Part shown: positions 1 to 11,198 of the stretch, in pieces
Layout: each line of letters starts with the position of its first letter
How positions within the stretch are numbered: the stretch's first letter is position 1
Origin: Podarcis gaigeae
Lineage: Eukaryota
Reading direction: 5' to 3' (one strand)
NCBI GenBank assembly: GCA_964106915.2
Contig: OZ066917.1
DNA: 64,000 nt
Position numbers and translations under genes: made by a program
The notes under the pieces: generated by a model
The model's input: the letters and a program-made list of their open reading frames with translations, nothing else
The model's database searches: none
What the model was told of the DNA's origin: nothing

Positions 1-688
1 CACTCTGGCTTAGCTTTCTTCATTTCAGCAGCCCAATTTAGGTAGGAAAAATTGTTTTGTTGCTGCTATTGTTAAACACTTGAGGAAAAACCCTGGCCGA
101 TCTACTGTAAACCATCCAGAGATCTTCCGGTAGAAGCTGATATATCTTCTTCCCAACCCTGCTCTAAACTGTTAACAATCCATAAAGGGAGCTGCTTTAA
201 CAATATGTCTGATGCAACCCAGAAAAAGTTGTGTGTATTTAAATCCAATTGTAAGCGATGGTTTAAGTTTGTTTATTTGGATGGCATCCTTTGTATTTGG
301 TAGCACGGGTGTCTTGCCTTACCTATTTCTTCAGCATAGGATATTAAAGTCATCATTTGTGTCTTAAAATTATATTTAAAGGTCTTTGAGGCATGCACGT
401 AGGTGTTTGATATAAGTCGGTGGAGTATTCAGTTCATTTCCCATTGTTGAAATAACAATGAGAAGCAATGACATTTATCACAGCCTCCTGGTGACCAAAA
501 TCACCCAGCCATTTAACATCGCAAGCGGCTCCCACTTTCTGCTGTTGAGCAATGCAGAAAGGAGAAAGGGAAATGGCATTCTGGCCATACAGACATTGCC
601 CTTCTGTAAAAGGGAGGTTATCAAATTGCTTATTTTAAATAATAATAATAATGAAAGAATGCAATTAATATATCTCTATTCATAACTT

Positions 689-1153
689 TCTGTATAGTTA
701 AAGCTATGGTTTTCCCAGTAGTGATGTATGGAAGTGAGAGCTGGACCATAAAGAAGGCTGATCGCCGAAGAATTGATGCTTTTGAATTATGGTGCTGGAG
801 GAGACTCTTGAGAGTCCCATGGACTGCAAGAAGATCAAACCTATCCATTCTGAAGGAAATCAGCCCTGAGTGCTCACTGGAAGGACAGATCCTGAAGCTG
901 AGACTCCAATACTTTGGCCACCTCATGAGAAGAGAAGACTCCCTGGAAAAGACCCTGATGTTGGGAAAGATGGAGGGCACAAGGAGAAGGGGATGACAGA
1001 GGACGAGATAGTTGGATAGTGTTCTTGAAGCTACCAGCTTGAGTTTGACCAAACTGCGGGAGGCCATGGAAGACAGGAGGGCCTGGCGTGCTCTGGTCCA
1101 TGGGGTCACGAAGAGTCGGACACAACTAAACAACTAAACAACAACAACAACAA
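689..1153 (+). mobile_element. Bov-B (RTE clade) LINE, 5'-truncated 3' end
   Basis: ORF 706-996 MVFPVVMYGSESWTIKKADRRRIDAFELWCWRRLLRVPWTARRSN... is the Bov-B ORF C-terminus. (CAA)n tail. Probable TSD attcataactt (678-688) / attcagaactt (1154-1164). Confidence 0.95.
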
Positions 1154-1621
1154 ATTCAGAACTTATCTAAAAACGTCTGCGACATAGACCTATTTGCATG
1201 GCAGCTGCTTAGTTTACTCTTAGGTTGCATGATCAGGAGCATAGGAAATATTACAGGGAAAGGTAGATGCTTTTTTACCTTAGGGCACCTCTTATGCAGA
1301 CAGTAGTAAGCTGTCTGGGCAGATCACTCTGAGCCTTCTCTGGACACATACATCACTCTGCCAGATGCAGGAACAAGCTGGGGACAGGCAAATGTCCCAG
1401 CATATGCACACTACAAGTGCTGCTCACGCATCATGCACAGATCCAATCACTAAAAAAAAGGAGATCAATGTGTTCATCACAATCATAGTATATAAACGAA
1501 GCACCATTCCAATTGTGCTCTTAGGAAAAACTGACAATTTTTTATCTTCGCAGTGACAAAATCACTAATAAAACCACAGAAACTCATTAACAGATGATAG
1601 AACCTATTGTTACCAGTCACC

Positions 1622-1812
1622 TATGGCTGCCATACATCCAGAATTTCCCGGACATAGCCAGAATATGGCAGTCGTAAGCAGTGTCCAGGTGGAAATCACT
1701 GAAATGTTCTGAAGTCTAGATTTGGACGAATTTCCTTAAAAAAAATTGGCTCAAAAACTTCTCTTTTGAGATTTTGTGTCCAGATTTTCACTTTTTGAAA
1801 TATGGCAACCCA
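1622..1812. mobile_element. hAT-like MITE, degenerate
   Basis: Termini tatggctgccata ... tatggcaaccc resemble tagggttgccata TIRs; no clear TSD. Confidence 0.45.
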
Positions 1813-2679
1813 ACCTCTGCCGGTCAGTACAAGGTTTCAGGGGTCTTGGCGCCTAACCAGGGTTTGTGTTTCCTTTGGGAAAAATGAGGCGCAGTGGAGG
1901 CTGCAGTGTCTTTATGAAATATGGTTCATTTGCACATACTTACACCTGAGGTTGGATGGCAAGAGGGTTCTAAGCATCACATTTCAAGAGGGGCTTGCTC
2001 CCCACAACGGCATAGCATTGGATTAAAAGGCAGCCAAAATGCCATCTCTGTGTCTCCTCCACACAACTTGTCCATCTCTCTGGCCACATGGCATCTGGCC
2101 CCACCCTTTTTCTTCCCCCAAAACCTTTGCTAAAAACAAAACCCAAGCTTCATGTAAAAAGGACATTTTTTCCTGCTGTGACATCATGCCCCCTGTAACC
2201 TGGCAACCTTTCCCTTCCATTTACACCATTGTCCACTGTCACCGTGACAACCTCCATTTGCCCAAGCTCCACGGTCTTCCTTTGATGTGCTGATGACTGG
2301 CCATCAGAACCTTTGTACTTCTTAACAGCTTCCCCTCAACCCCCAGGCAATGTCAGGCTGCCAGAAAAGCCCTGGCTGCTACCTGAAGCTGTAATCGGAA
2401 GCAGGCAAGCAACATGGCAGTAATTAATTTTATTGTTCAACCATCAGGTAGTCAGCATACACGCACATGAATCAGATAAGCAAGTCAGTTGCAGAAGCTG
2501 AGGTTCTGGACCTCCTCACCTTACTTATGACTCCCGTCTTGAATTCTTCTGCTGTGACTCAGATTTCCTTAATTGTTCAGTCTTTTCTCGGCTATACATT
2601 CCTGCATTGAGAGAGGAAGAGGGAAAGGAGGTGAAACAGGACTGTATTGCAGAGCAGGAAACACAACCTCTGCTCCTTC

Positions 2680-3230
2680 TCTTTTTTTATAATAATTGTT
2701 ATTAAGTTTTCCATTTTAACAATCCAATCAAATCACATTAAATATTCCAAATTATAAAAATACATATCATAAAATCCAAATATTTTGCCAAATTATAAAT
2801 TTTTGTTGGGGCTTCCCATGCTTCAAGTTCAGTGGGGTCCAATAATTTTATGTTTCTACTGGCTTAAGTTTCCAAAAGTTCCTTCTTTGAGTCCTCCTGT
2901 TGTTATCCTCCTTTCTTTCACAGCCCCTGAGTTATTTCCACAGGCGAGTTGGAGTGAACAATAATATACTTCTGGGTGAAATTTGTGTGACTCTCTCTCA
3001 CCCCCCCCTTTTTTTTGCAGCTGGTAAGTCTGTTATTAGCAATATGTCCTCACATGCTGGTGTTTATGCCGAATCAATCCAAAAGTCCTTCTCTTGTGGC
3101 AGACGCCATCTTCTCTCAGTTCCGATGAAATAAAATCTAAGCGTTTGCTCATTAATTTTCTCAGACAGCTTGGATCAAACATTAGTCTTTCCAGAAGAGG
3201 TTTGCCAAATCGGACTTGAAATACAGATAT
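2680..3230 (-). mobile_element. Probable L1-like non-LTR fragment with poly(A) end
   Basis: T-run at 2682-2688 followed by a 3' UTR-like AT-rich segment similar in style to the L1 tails at 13913 and 16500; no recognisable protein motif. Confidence 0.35.
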
Positions 3231-3233
3231 ACA

Positions 3234-3588
3234 GGGATGTGGGTGGCACTGTGGGTTAAACCACAGAGCCTAGGACTTGCCGATCAGAAGATCGGCGGTT
3301 CAAATCCCCACAACGGGTTGAGCTCCCGTTGCTCGGCGCCTGCTCCTGCCAACCTAGCAGTTCGAAAGCACATCAAAGTGCAAGTAGATAAATAGGTACC
3401 ACTCTGGCAGTAAGGTAAAGGCATTTCCGTGCACTGCTCTGGTTCGCCAGAAGCGGCTTAGTCATGCTGGCCACATAACCCAGAAGCTGTACGCCGGCTC
3501 CCTCGGCCAATAAAGCGAGATGAGCGCCGCAACCCCAGAGTCGGCCACGACTGGACCTAATGGTCAGGGGTCCCTTTACCTTTCCTTT
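3234..3588 (+). mobile_element. Sauria SINE (Squam1), full length
   Basis: tRNA-like head with A/B boxes (ggtggcactgtgg; ggttcaaatcc), Bov-B-like 3' part (gagtcggccacgact) and (ACCTTT)n tail. Near-identical to the copies at 53734, 58255, 59236 and 61053. No TSD seen. Confidence 0.93.
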
Positions 3589-3889
3589 AAGAGCTCGCCT
3601 CCCCCTATGACCATTTATCTCTGCAACACAGTCTATTGCATAATGGCAGATCCCAAAGAAATAGTGCATCACAGGAGAGTCTTTTATCTTCTTCCAAATA
3701 TTTCAAATACCTCTGCTCCTTCTCTATCAGTGTCCTTGGCTACGTCAAGCCTCTCTCCTTCACCCCCACTCTCTGCTGAAGATTCCTCCCTTTCCCACCT
3801 GTCTGAACCTGGTTCAAAATCCCCTTCCCCTTCAGGGGCCTCCTGAACCTGGCTGCCACCACTTTTCCTCATCCAGCCAGTCCCTGACA
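3589..3889 (-). mobile_element. Truncated LTR-like fragment
   Basis: Minus strand starts TGTCAGGGACTGG at 3889 with a purine-rich body; the other end is lost at the SINE. Confidence 0.4.
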
Positions 3890-5231
3890 GGAGATGATGT
3901 ACAGTAGTCTGGAAAAGAAGCTTAGTCTGCATTTTTGCACTGCTAAATCCAACACCTGTTAGCTCACCTCAATTCTCTAAACACTGATTAAACCCCAGTA
4001 ATCTAGGGGAACACTGGGCACTCACACATCCATAACAATATCATTTATAGAAAGTAGCATAGGTGAAATATGCATGCTAAAGTTAAATTGTCTCTGGGGA
4101 GCACTGTTTGAGTGAATATGCCGACACTCATTTTGAAGGCAAAGGAACTGTTCTACGCTCAAATGTCAAGGAATGTGTTAATAATGTGCATCACTTCAAG
4201 TTATCATTTCAAGTGTTAAGTACATTTTATCCCTTTGTGAGATATTAATTCATCGTCGTGCTAACGTCCTGTACAAATTTAAACAACTTGGAAACATCTG
4301 CAGTTACATCTTGCAAATTATTAGGCTTATTTCTCCACACCTACAGAGTGCCTGTCTGCAGGCCCAGAAATGTTTACATGGTAATTACTTTATAATCGCA
4401 CATACTCGTATGAAATTGACCACAGTAGTAGGGCAATTAGAAATATGTTTTCCTAGGATTTTATTTTTCATTAAATTAAAATGGATATGCTTTACATTGC
4501 AGCCTTCTATTCTGGCTTGTTTTAGTAGAACTGCATTTCCCTTTGTTTTGCCAAAATCACCAAATGGTTTTACCAATTCTTCACAGAATTATGTGGCACA
4601 AACCAGAGCAGGGAACCTTAGGCCAGGAGGTAAAATGCAGCCCTCCTTGGGACCACACCTCTTTCCAAGTCCCACCCCTCCTTGTCCTTGCTTCACATCC
4701 TCCGTATGGATTTTTGCCTGACTGGAATGCCTCCTTAAACTCTGATAATAACTCTAGCTTGGCCGAATGGAAGATAGAGAGGTGTGTTTGAGTGAATGTA
4801 GAAGCTTGGGGGTTCCAGCTGGCAACCTGGGTTTAAGTAGCAGAGTGCCTGCTCCCCAAGCCAGGGCCTAGACATAACGTAAGATCCCAAAAAGGGGGAG
4901 GAGGTGTCCTCTCTAAATTAAATATCCCAAACAATGACAGGCTCAGCACCAACCCTACCTACTGCAGCAACCAATCCTGAAGCATAGACTGGAGATTTTC
5001 ACAATATATACATTGTTGCTTTCAAGAAGTCAGCCATGCCTTGCTGAAAAAAGTCATGGTGCCCATTTGTGATGGCAGGGTGATGAAGAATTAAGCCGCC
5101 ATGCAATGAAGAGGAACAATGCTTTGTTCACCTTGTGATGTGCACTGTCCACTTTTGCAGGCTCTGCTGTGTCCCACCAAACACATCACTGCAACACAGT
5201 TGACCACCCAAGGGTCATGCCAGGATAAGCC

Positions 5232-5372
5232 CAGGGCTTTTTTTCAGGGGAAACTCACAGGAACTCAGTTGTGGCACTTCTCAGGTGGGTGCCATTGCCA
5301 TTCTATGACAATGAGGGAGGTGTTCATGGTTAGTTTCATTACCTCTTTTTCCAGAAAAAAACAACAACACTG
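5232..5372. mobile_element. hAT MITE
   Basis: cagggctttttttc ... acaacactg termini; perfect 8-bp TSD gataagcc (5224-5231 / 5373-5380). Same family as 46478 and 54233, in opposite orientation. Confidence 0.85.
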
Positions 5373-5766
5373 GATAAGCCTGTGGTGAAGTGGACAGATC
5401 TCTCTTGACTGCCAGCTCCAGGACCCAAGTCACTCCCCCACAGCTGTGCTATGAGGAGATCCAGGGTACTGCAGCACTTGATCTGCTCTTCCATTATGGA
5501 CTGCATCTTGTGCCATTTCATGCCATGTTTTCCTAACCAGAAGATCTGGAATGGCAGGGTCAAGAAAGAGATGGAAGCTCCACAATGTAGACCTTGAATG
5601 ATGGTGTGCCCAAGAGATGGTGCCATACCTGCAGATCCTCCTGGTTTCTTTTATCTGGAAAATGCAATCAAGGGCACATCTGCTGTCTGAATGTAAGCCT
5701 TAATGGCAGCCAATCGGTTTCAAGATTTAGATGAGATAGTGTGAAAGGAGGCTCATTGGTTTAAAG

Positions 5767-5904
5767 CAGCAGTTCTCAACCTGTGGGTCCCCAGATGTTG
5801 TTGGACTACAACTCCCATCATCCCTGAGCTCTGGCCTTGCTGGCTAGGGGTGATGGGAGTTGTAGTTCAACAACATCTGGGGCCCCACAGGTTGAGAAAG
5901 GCTG
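5767..5904. mobile_element. hAT (Charlie-like) palindromic MITE
   Basis: Long TIRs cagcagttctcaacctgtggg / cccacaggttgagaaaggctg; TSD gtttaaag / gtttaagg. Confidence 0.85.
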
Positions 5905-6590
5905 GTTTAAGGGATACCAATAAACTGTTAAAGGTTGGCAAGCACAATGTCTTCTCTATAGAATGTGTTTCCTGTAGAATTTTGTTTCCACACCTCCTGA
6001 AGTGGAAGGTGGGGAGACTTGCTGGTGGGGACATTTTAAAAAAGCCTCAAGAGCATATAGCAGAACATTTCAAAGTGTCTTCCTTTTTAAAAGGAAAGGG
6101 TCGAAGCAAAAAAGAAAAAGGAAAGGAAATCCCAAATGAGTACTATATGTCACAGTTGGCTGGGCTTTGTTTATTTGTTTTAATTCCATTTTCATTGAAC
6201 AAGGGACTTTTATAACACATCTCCAATACAATGTTAATTAGAAAGGGACTGCTCTTGATGCCATACTCTGCTTTGTTTATCAGAGGCAAATATGAGAAGC
6301 ATGACATCTGTCACTCTTGTGTCTTCTGTGCTTTGCTCCCTGGATTTGTAGCAGCAGAAAAGTACAGGTCACAACTTGGAGAATATGACTTTTGAAAAGC
6401 AATTCAAATGTAATCCAGAAATAAAAAAAAATAGCACTATGCTATATTCTGATGGTACAATTTGAGGCTATATGAAACCCCACTGAGATATTTTTCTTGT
6501 TGTTGTTTTAACTACTTTTGTTTCCCTTGAAATGTCTTGGGTGCTTTGCCCAAGAAGGAACCAAAAAAAGATTCTTTCAGAATTTGATGG

Positions 6591-6828
6591 TAAAGGTAAA
6601 AAGGTAAAGGACTCCTGGACAGTTAAGTCTAGTCAAAGGCGACTATGGGGCGTGGTGCTCATCTCGCTTTTCAGGTCGAGGGAGCCGGCATTTGTCCACA
6701 GACAGCTTTCCAAGTCATGTGGCCAGCATGACTAAATTTCTACTGGTGCATGGAGAACCATTACAGAAGCTAGAGCACATGGAAACACTGTTTACCTTCC
6801 TACCACAGTGGTACCTATTTATCTACTT
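6591..6828 (-). mobile_element. Sauria SINE, older subfamily, 5'-truncated
   Basis: (aaaggt)n tail on the left, diverged body with gtacctatttatctactt; TSD atttgatgg (6582-6590 / 6835-6843). Confidence 0.85.
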
Positions 6829-6959
6829 CCAATGATTTGATGGCCACTGTGTAACTAGCTGGATTTCCTTGGGTTTGTTGTGTGACAGTGGAGGATATGG
6901 AAAAATAGGGCTGGGGTGATGGGAAATAGGGTTCAGGTGAAACTGCAGGATGTTGGATT

Positions 6960-7135
6960 CTACCACATCAGACCATTGGTCCATCTACCTCAGTATTGTC
7001 TACACTGACTGGCAGCGTCTCTTCAGGATTTCAGGCAGGTGTCTTTCTCATTCCTACCTGGAGATGCTGGGGACTGAACTTGGATCCTTCTGCATGCAGC
7101 ACAGAAGATCTAACACAGAACTATGGCCCTTCCCC
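6960..7135 (-). mobile_element. Squam3-like tRNA-derived SINE with CR1-like tail
   Basis: Minus strand reads gggaagggccatag...tgcatgcagaagg..aagttcagtcccc...gccagtcagtgtagacaatactgag.tagatggaccaatggtctga. Confidence 0.75.
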
Positions 7136-8123
7136 TAGTTTTGAATATCAATGCATTGAGATCTGAGATCTATAGGTATAGGGCGGTATACATATTTAAT
7201 AATAATAGCGCAACCTGTGGCTCAAATTTAGCTCACCTTAACAACACCTGACATCACACTACTCAAGGGTGGGCAATCCTGCTACTTCTGAAGTAAGCCT
7301 TTTGTTTTCTCACATCTTTAACAACTAGGAAAGTAGTAATTAACAGGAAAAATCATATTGTTTTGGAACAGAAATATCACAATTTGCCTTCTTTCAGCAG
7401 TTGATTTGCTGTCCTTCCAGAGAGTATAAAACTATATAGGGCTGATAATGCAGGGTATTGTTGATTGATTTGCCCAGAAGGCTTTGGAGGAGAGTAAAGT
7501 TGGAGGAGGAGAATATCATTGAGCACACAATGTCCCAATTATTTTGCACCTCCAAAACAGTCTGACAGAAAAAAGCAGAGGGAACTTCACATTTCTCGCT
7601 CACATTCAAAATGCAGAATGGTTGGGCAGAAATCCCTGTCATGCTCAGGAAGCTTCTTACAATAGGAGAAAGGATGGCATTTGACAATGACAATCAGAAC
7701 AGCACACAGCTGCAGTTGTCCTTTCACAGTCGTCTGAACCATTTATAAAGAGAGCAATAAATATTGCAATACCTTGACAATTATTCTGCAAGAGATTGCC
7801 AAAAAGGCAGGGCTAATGTTAATTCCAAGTTTTGAGGTAGTTGTGAATTGTAGTTTGGGTAGGTTGTGGACAGTTATCAGAAAGAGAGCAGCCATTAGGT
7901 TTGGGGTGTATCTCTGCAGCCTTGCCCCCATTTCCCTGAAGCAGATGTTTATTGTGGTTGGTAGAAGCTATTCTGAAAGAGCATCCTTCAATCATTTTTG
8001 AAGAAATGAGGGCCGCAGTCACACATTACATTTAAGGCACTATGATACCACTTTGAACAGTCATGGCTTCCCTCAAAGAATTCTGAGAGGTGTAGTTTGT
8101 TAAGGGTGCTGAGAGGGTGCACT

Positions 8124-8707
8124 GTCATCATTGAAGTTGAAAATAGTAGGCTAAGTAGCAAGAAAGGTATAAACCTGCCAAGTGTTGCAATAGTTCACCC
8201 TGCTGTTTCTGAGGACATCCAGGATCTGAAATTTGGTGTGGAGTAGGATATAAGCATGGTGTTTGCTTCTTTTATCCAAAAGGCAGACGATATTCATGCT
8301 CTCAGGAAGGTGCTGGGAGAAAAGGGAAAGCACATCAAGATCACTTTCAAGATAGAAGACCACAAAGGTGTAGGTAGGTTTGTTGAGACCATAGATAGTC
8401 GTAGTTGTAGGTAGGTTTGATGATACCATTTTGGCATCATGGTAGCTTGTGGTGGTCTTGGTATTGAGATTCCTGCTGGAAAAGTCTTCCTTGCCCCCAA
8501 AATGATAATTGGTTGATGGAAAGGGTCTGGCAAGCCAATCACCTTTGCTACTCAGATGTTGGAGAGCGTGATTATGAAACCACGGCCAACATATGCAGAG
8601 GTGAGTGATGTAGCAAATGCTGCCCTGCATGGAGCTGATTGTTCTACCTCTCCAGAGAAACCACCAAAGGAGGCCACCCTCTGGAGTCTGTCCACATGCA
8701 GCATCTT
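8124..8707 (+). pseudogene. PKM: Pyruvate kinase M retrocopy fragment (exons 6-8, spliced), disabled
   Basis: Degenerate translation follows PK: EVEN..L.SKKGINLP...PAVSEDIQDLKFGVE*DISMVFASFI...RKVLGEKGKHIKI..KIE.H.GV...GIMVA.G.LGIEIPAGKVFLAPKMIIG*...[36 protein letters not shown]...[10 protein letters not shown]. No introns at junctions 8377/8378 or 8555/8556. Stops at 8244 and 8514 plus frameshifts. GEKGK and PLE..MQHL favour PKM over PKLR. Confidence 0.93.
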
Positions 8708-8820
8708 GTGAGTTATAACCATTTGATGTTAAGTGACAGTACCTGTGTACCTAGAAATATTTGCACAGCTCATGCTCTCCTACTTAACTTTCTATCTTCT
8801 CAAATACCCTCTAGATCTGG

Positions 8821-9046
8821 TTACAGATAGGTAGCCGTGTTGGTCTGCCATAGTCAAAACAAAAAAAAAATTCTTCCAGTAGCACCTTAAAGACCAACTA
8901 AGTTAGTTCTTGGTATGAGCTTTCGTGTGCATGCACACTTCTTCAGATACAGATACAGATTCAGTGTGCATGCACACGAAAGCTCATACCAAGAACTAAC
9001 TTAGTTGGTCTTTACGGTGCTACTGGAAGGAATTTTTTTGTTTTTG
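8821..9046 (-). mobile_element. Penelope-like element pseudo-LTR fragment with inverted 5' segment
   Basis: Arms of about 80 bp (about 8857-8939 vs 8964-9046) are inverted. TSD cctctagatctgg (8808-8820) / cctctagatatgg (9047-9059). Contains a hammerhead motif. Same family at 35222 and 48405. Confidence 0.82.
8913..8950 (-). ncRNA. Minimal type I hammerhead ribozyme motif
   Basis: Minus strand: GUAU-CUGAAGA-A-GUGUGC-AU-GCACAC-GAAA-GC-UC-AUAC. This gives stem I (GUAU/AUAC), the CUGANGA box, stem II, GAAA, a palindromic AGCU stem III and a CUC cleavage triplet. Confidence 0.75.
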
Positions 9047-10309
9047 CCTCTAGATATGGCTTAATGTTTTATACATGGCATGTGGCTGCCTTCTTACTAT
9101 GGCTTGCATATATGCCATAAGTCTCTCAAGCTGCCATAGACTTTTCCCCCATTAGCAGTGAAAACAAAGTGCACTGTCTACAAGTATAAAACATGGGTTT
9201 ATGCAAAGTGAGTGTGGAGCAAATTCTGAACTTTAGGGACTAGTGGTTTTGACAGCCTTATGTGGGTTCCTTCCTACTGTAGTATCTGAATTGTCCAGCT
9301 TAGAAAATTTTTATTTTGAGAACTTCAGATATCCTTGGAATTCCAATTACTGAATTGCATTAATTGTTTTGATGAATTTGTTGTTGTTTGCTTTGTTTAT
9401 ATGCTATAGTGTTTGATATTACAGTGATTGCAGTGCATGCTGTTTTTTATTACTACTGTGGTTTTTGAGAGAAGCTTTGAGCTCAACATTTGTTCTTGGG
9501 AAAGCAGAATACAAATATTAAATGAAATCAAATCCTTTCCCCCCTCACTGAGCTATAATTCCCAGAGTTCTCTGGGAAGAGGGATTGATTGTGAAACCAC
9601 TCTGGGAATTGTAGCTCTGTGCAGGGAATAAAGGTCTTCAGCTCCTAGACATCTTTGGGGAAAACCATGACTGTTTAAAGTGGTATCATTGTGCTTTAAA
9701 TGTGTATGTGGCCCATATGTGTAGGTAAAAGGGGTGTTGCATAAGCTTTGTGAGCAGCAAGCAATTGCTTGTTAATTACTTGAAAATGCCTGATCAGGCC
9801 AGTACATGAAGCTGTATGCTCATTCAGTGTTCACCATCTATGGAAACCTGCTGACTGGCATATTGTCAAGTCTACAAATGTTAGTGGGATGGATGATAAT
9901 TATTATGGTTTTTACTAAGGGTTGTTATGCTACCCCCAAAATATGGGTTTGCCCTGAAGAGCCAACCTTAAGATGCTTGTTTAAATCGCAAGCAAACGTC
10001 ACAAGAGGGGACTATTGTTACTTGAAGGAGGCAGGGCAGAGCCACACAACAGAAAAAGGCAGACGCACACACGCAGCCAGTAGCTAGGTAAAAGCAGAAT
10101 GTGGAGAGCAACAGCTGGAGAGAAGGTCCTTGGGAAACAAAGCAATAAAAGGGAGCAGGGGAGCTTGAGACACAGTCAAAAGGGAGTGTAAGTGAAGCTG
10201 AACATTTCCAGAGAGAATCTCGGATAGCTAGAAAGCAGGCAGAGGCAAGAGGCAAAGGAGTAGGCAAACAAAGACGCTGAAGGAAGAAACAGAGATAAGA
10301 GAGTGTGTG

Positions 10310-10363
10310 GGAAGGAAGGAAGGAAGGAAGGAAGGAAGGAAGGAAGGAAGGAAGGAAGGAAGG
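10310..10363. repeat. (GGAA)n microsatellite
   Basis: About 13 tandem ggaa units. Confidence 0.97.
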
Positions 10364-10836
10364 TGTGGAGAGAGTTGAGGAGGCAGGGAAACAGAAGTAA
10401 TTGAGCAAGCCTCAAAGGGACTTTGGGCAGGTTGGAGAAACAAACAAAGGAATTCTGAGGGATGACATGAGCCACCTCAGGCATGAGCAGAAAGGTGAGA
10501 AGGAGCTGAGCTAGGGGTATGCTATATAAGTGAAACTAGCTGGGGGTGGATTTCAGTTGAGAAGGGATCTTGTGATGACAAGAACTCCAAAGTCCATCTG
10601 AGGGCAAATTTCAGCAGGAATCTCTGGAGAGAAAGGGCCTCCTGCAGTTCTGAGGATCCTCAAGACACGGGGAAAGGGTTTGCATGCTCCAGAAGGCCCG
10701 TTTAAAGTGCCTGTATATTATGCAGCTATTCACTTCATCCACAGTTCAAAAGTAAATCCCATACTTGCCTTACCTCAGAATTTGGTGGAGCCTCTCTCCT
10801 TTGTAGACGATGCAGTAAATGAACCATGGACTCATT

Positions 10837-11188
10837 CCTGAAGGTATGAGTGTCTCCACCCGCATAATTCTGCCCGGACACTGAGGTCCAGCTCCAAGGG
10901 CCTTGTGATGGTTCCCTCACTGTGAGAAGTGAGGTTACAGGGAATCAGGCAGAGGGCCTTCTTGGTAGTGGTGCCCGCCCTGTGGAACGCCCTCCCACCA
11001 GATGTCAAGGAAATAAACAACTATCTGACTTTTAGAAGACATCTAAAGGCAGCCCTGTTTAGGGAAGTTTTTAATATTTGATGAATTACTGTATTTTAAC
11101 ATTTTGCTGGAAGCCATCCAGAGTGGCTGGGGAAACCCATCCAGATGGGCGGGGTATAAATAATAAATTATTCTTATTCTTATTCTTA
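10837..11188 (+). mobile_element. L2-clade LINE 3' end
   Basis: Highly similar to 54480-54850; ends gggcggggtataaataataaattattc... Confidence 0.85.
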
Positions 11189-11198
11189 CCAAAATGCA

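Larger units (their letters stand above)
8010..9714. mobile_element. Palindromic MITE split in two (8010-8115 and 9534-9714) by the PKM insertion
   Basis: Left arm gggccgca...atttaaggcactatgataccactttgaacagtcatggcttccctcaaaga matches the reverse complement of 9654-9714. The central palindrome gagctataattcccagag...ctctgggaattgtagctc lies in the right part. Confidence 0.8.

Noticed and set aside
630-1133. 167-aa minus-strand ORF and similar ORFs at 22885-23560
   Set aside because: Antisense or alternate frames of Bov-B, not genes.
5460-5560. Minus-strand IFWLGKHGMKWHK resembling homeodomain helix 3
   Set aside because: Lacks the invariant WFQN..R and any upstream helices; probably chance or a very decayed fragment.
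8124-8707. Functional nested PKM gene or alternative GABRG3 exon
   Set aside because: Partial, with multiple stops and frameshifts and no clear acceptor at its 5' end.
8964-8990. Plus-strand hammerhead half-sites here and at 35290-35316 and 48401-48423
   Set aside because: Stem II and GAAA are present but the CUGANGA box is missing, so they are not ribozymes on their own.
9923-10670. Possible LTR surrounding the (GGAA)n repeat
   Set aside because: TG start and a TATA-like motif were seen, but no consistent CA end with a TSD; the LPSF-repeat ORFs are microsatellite translations.
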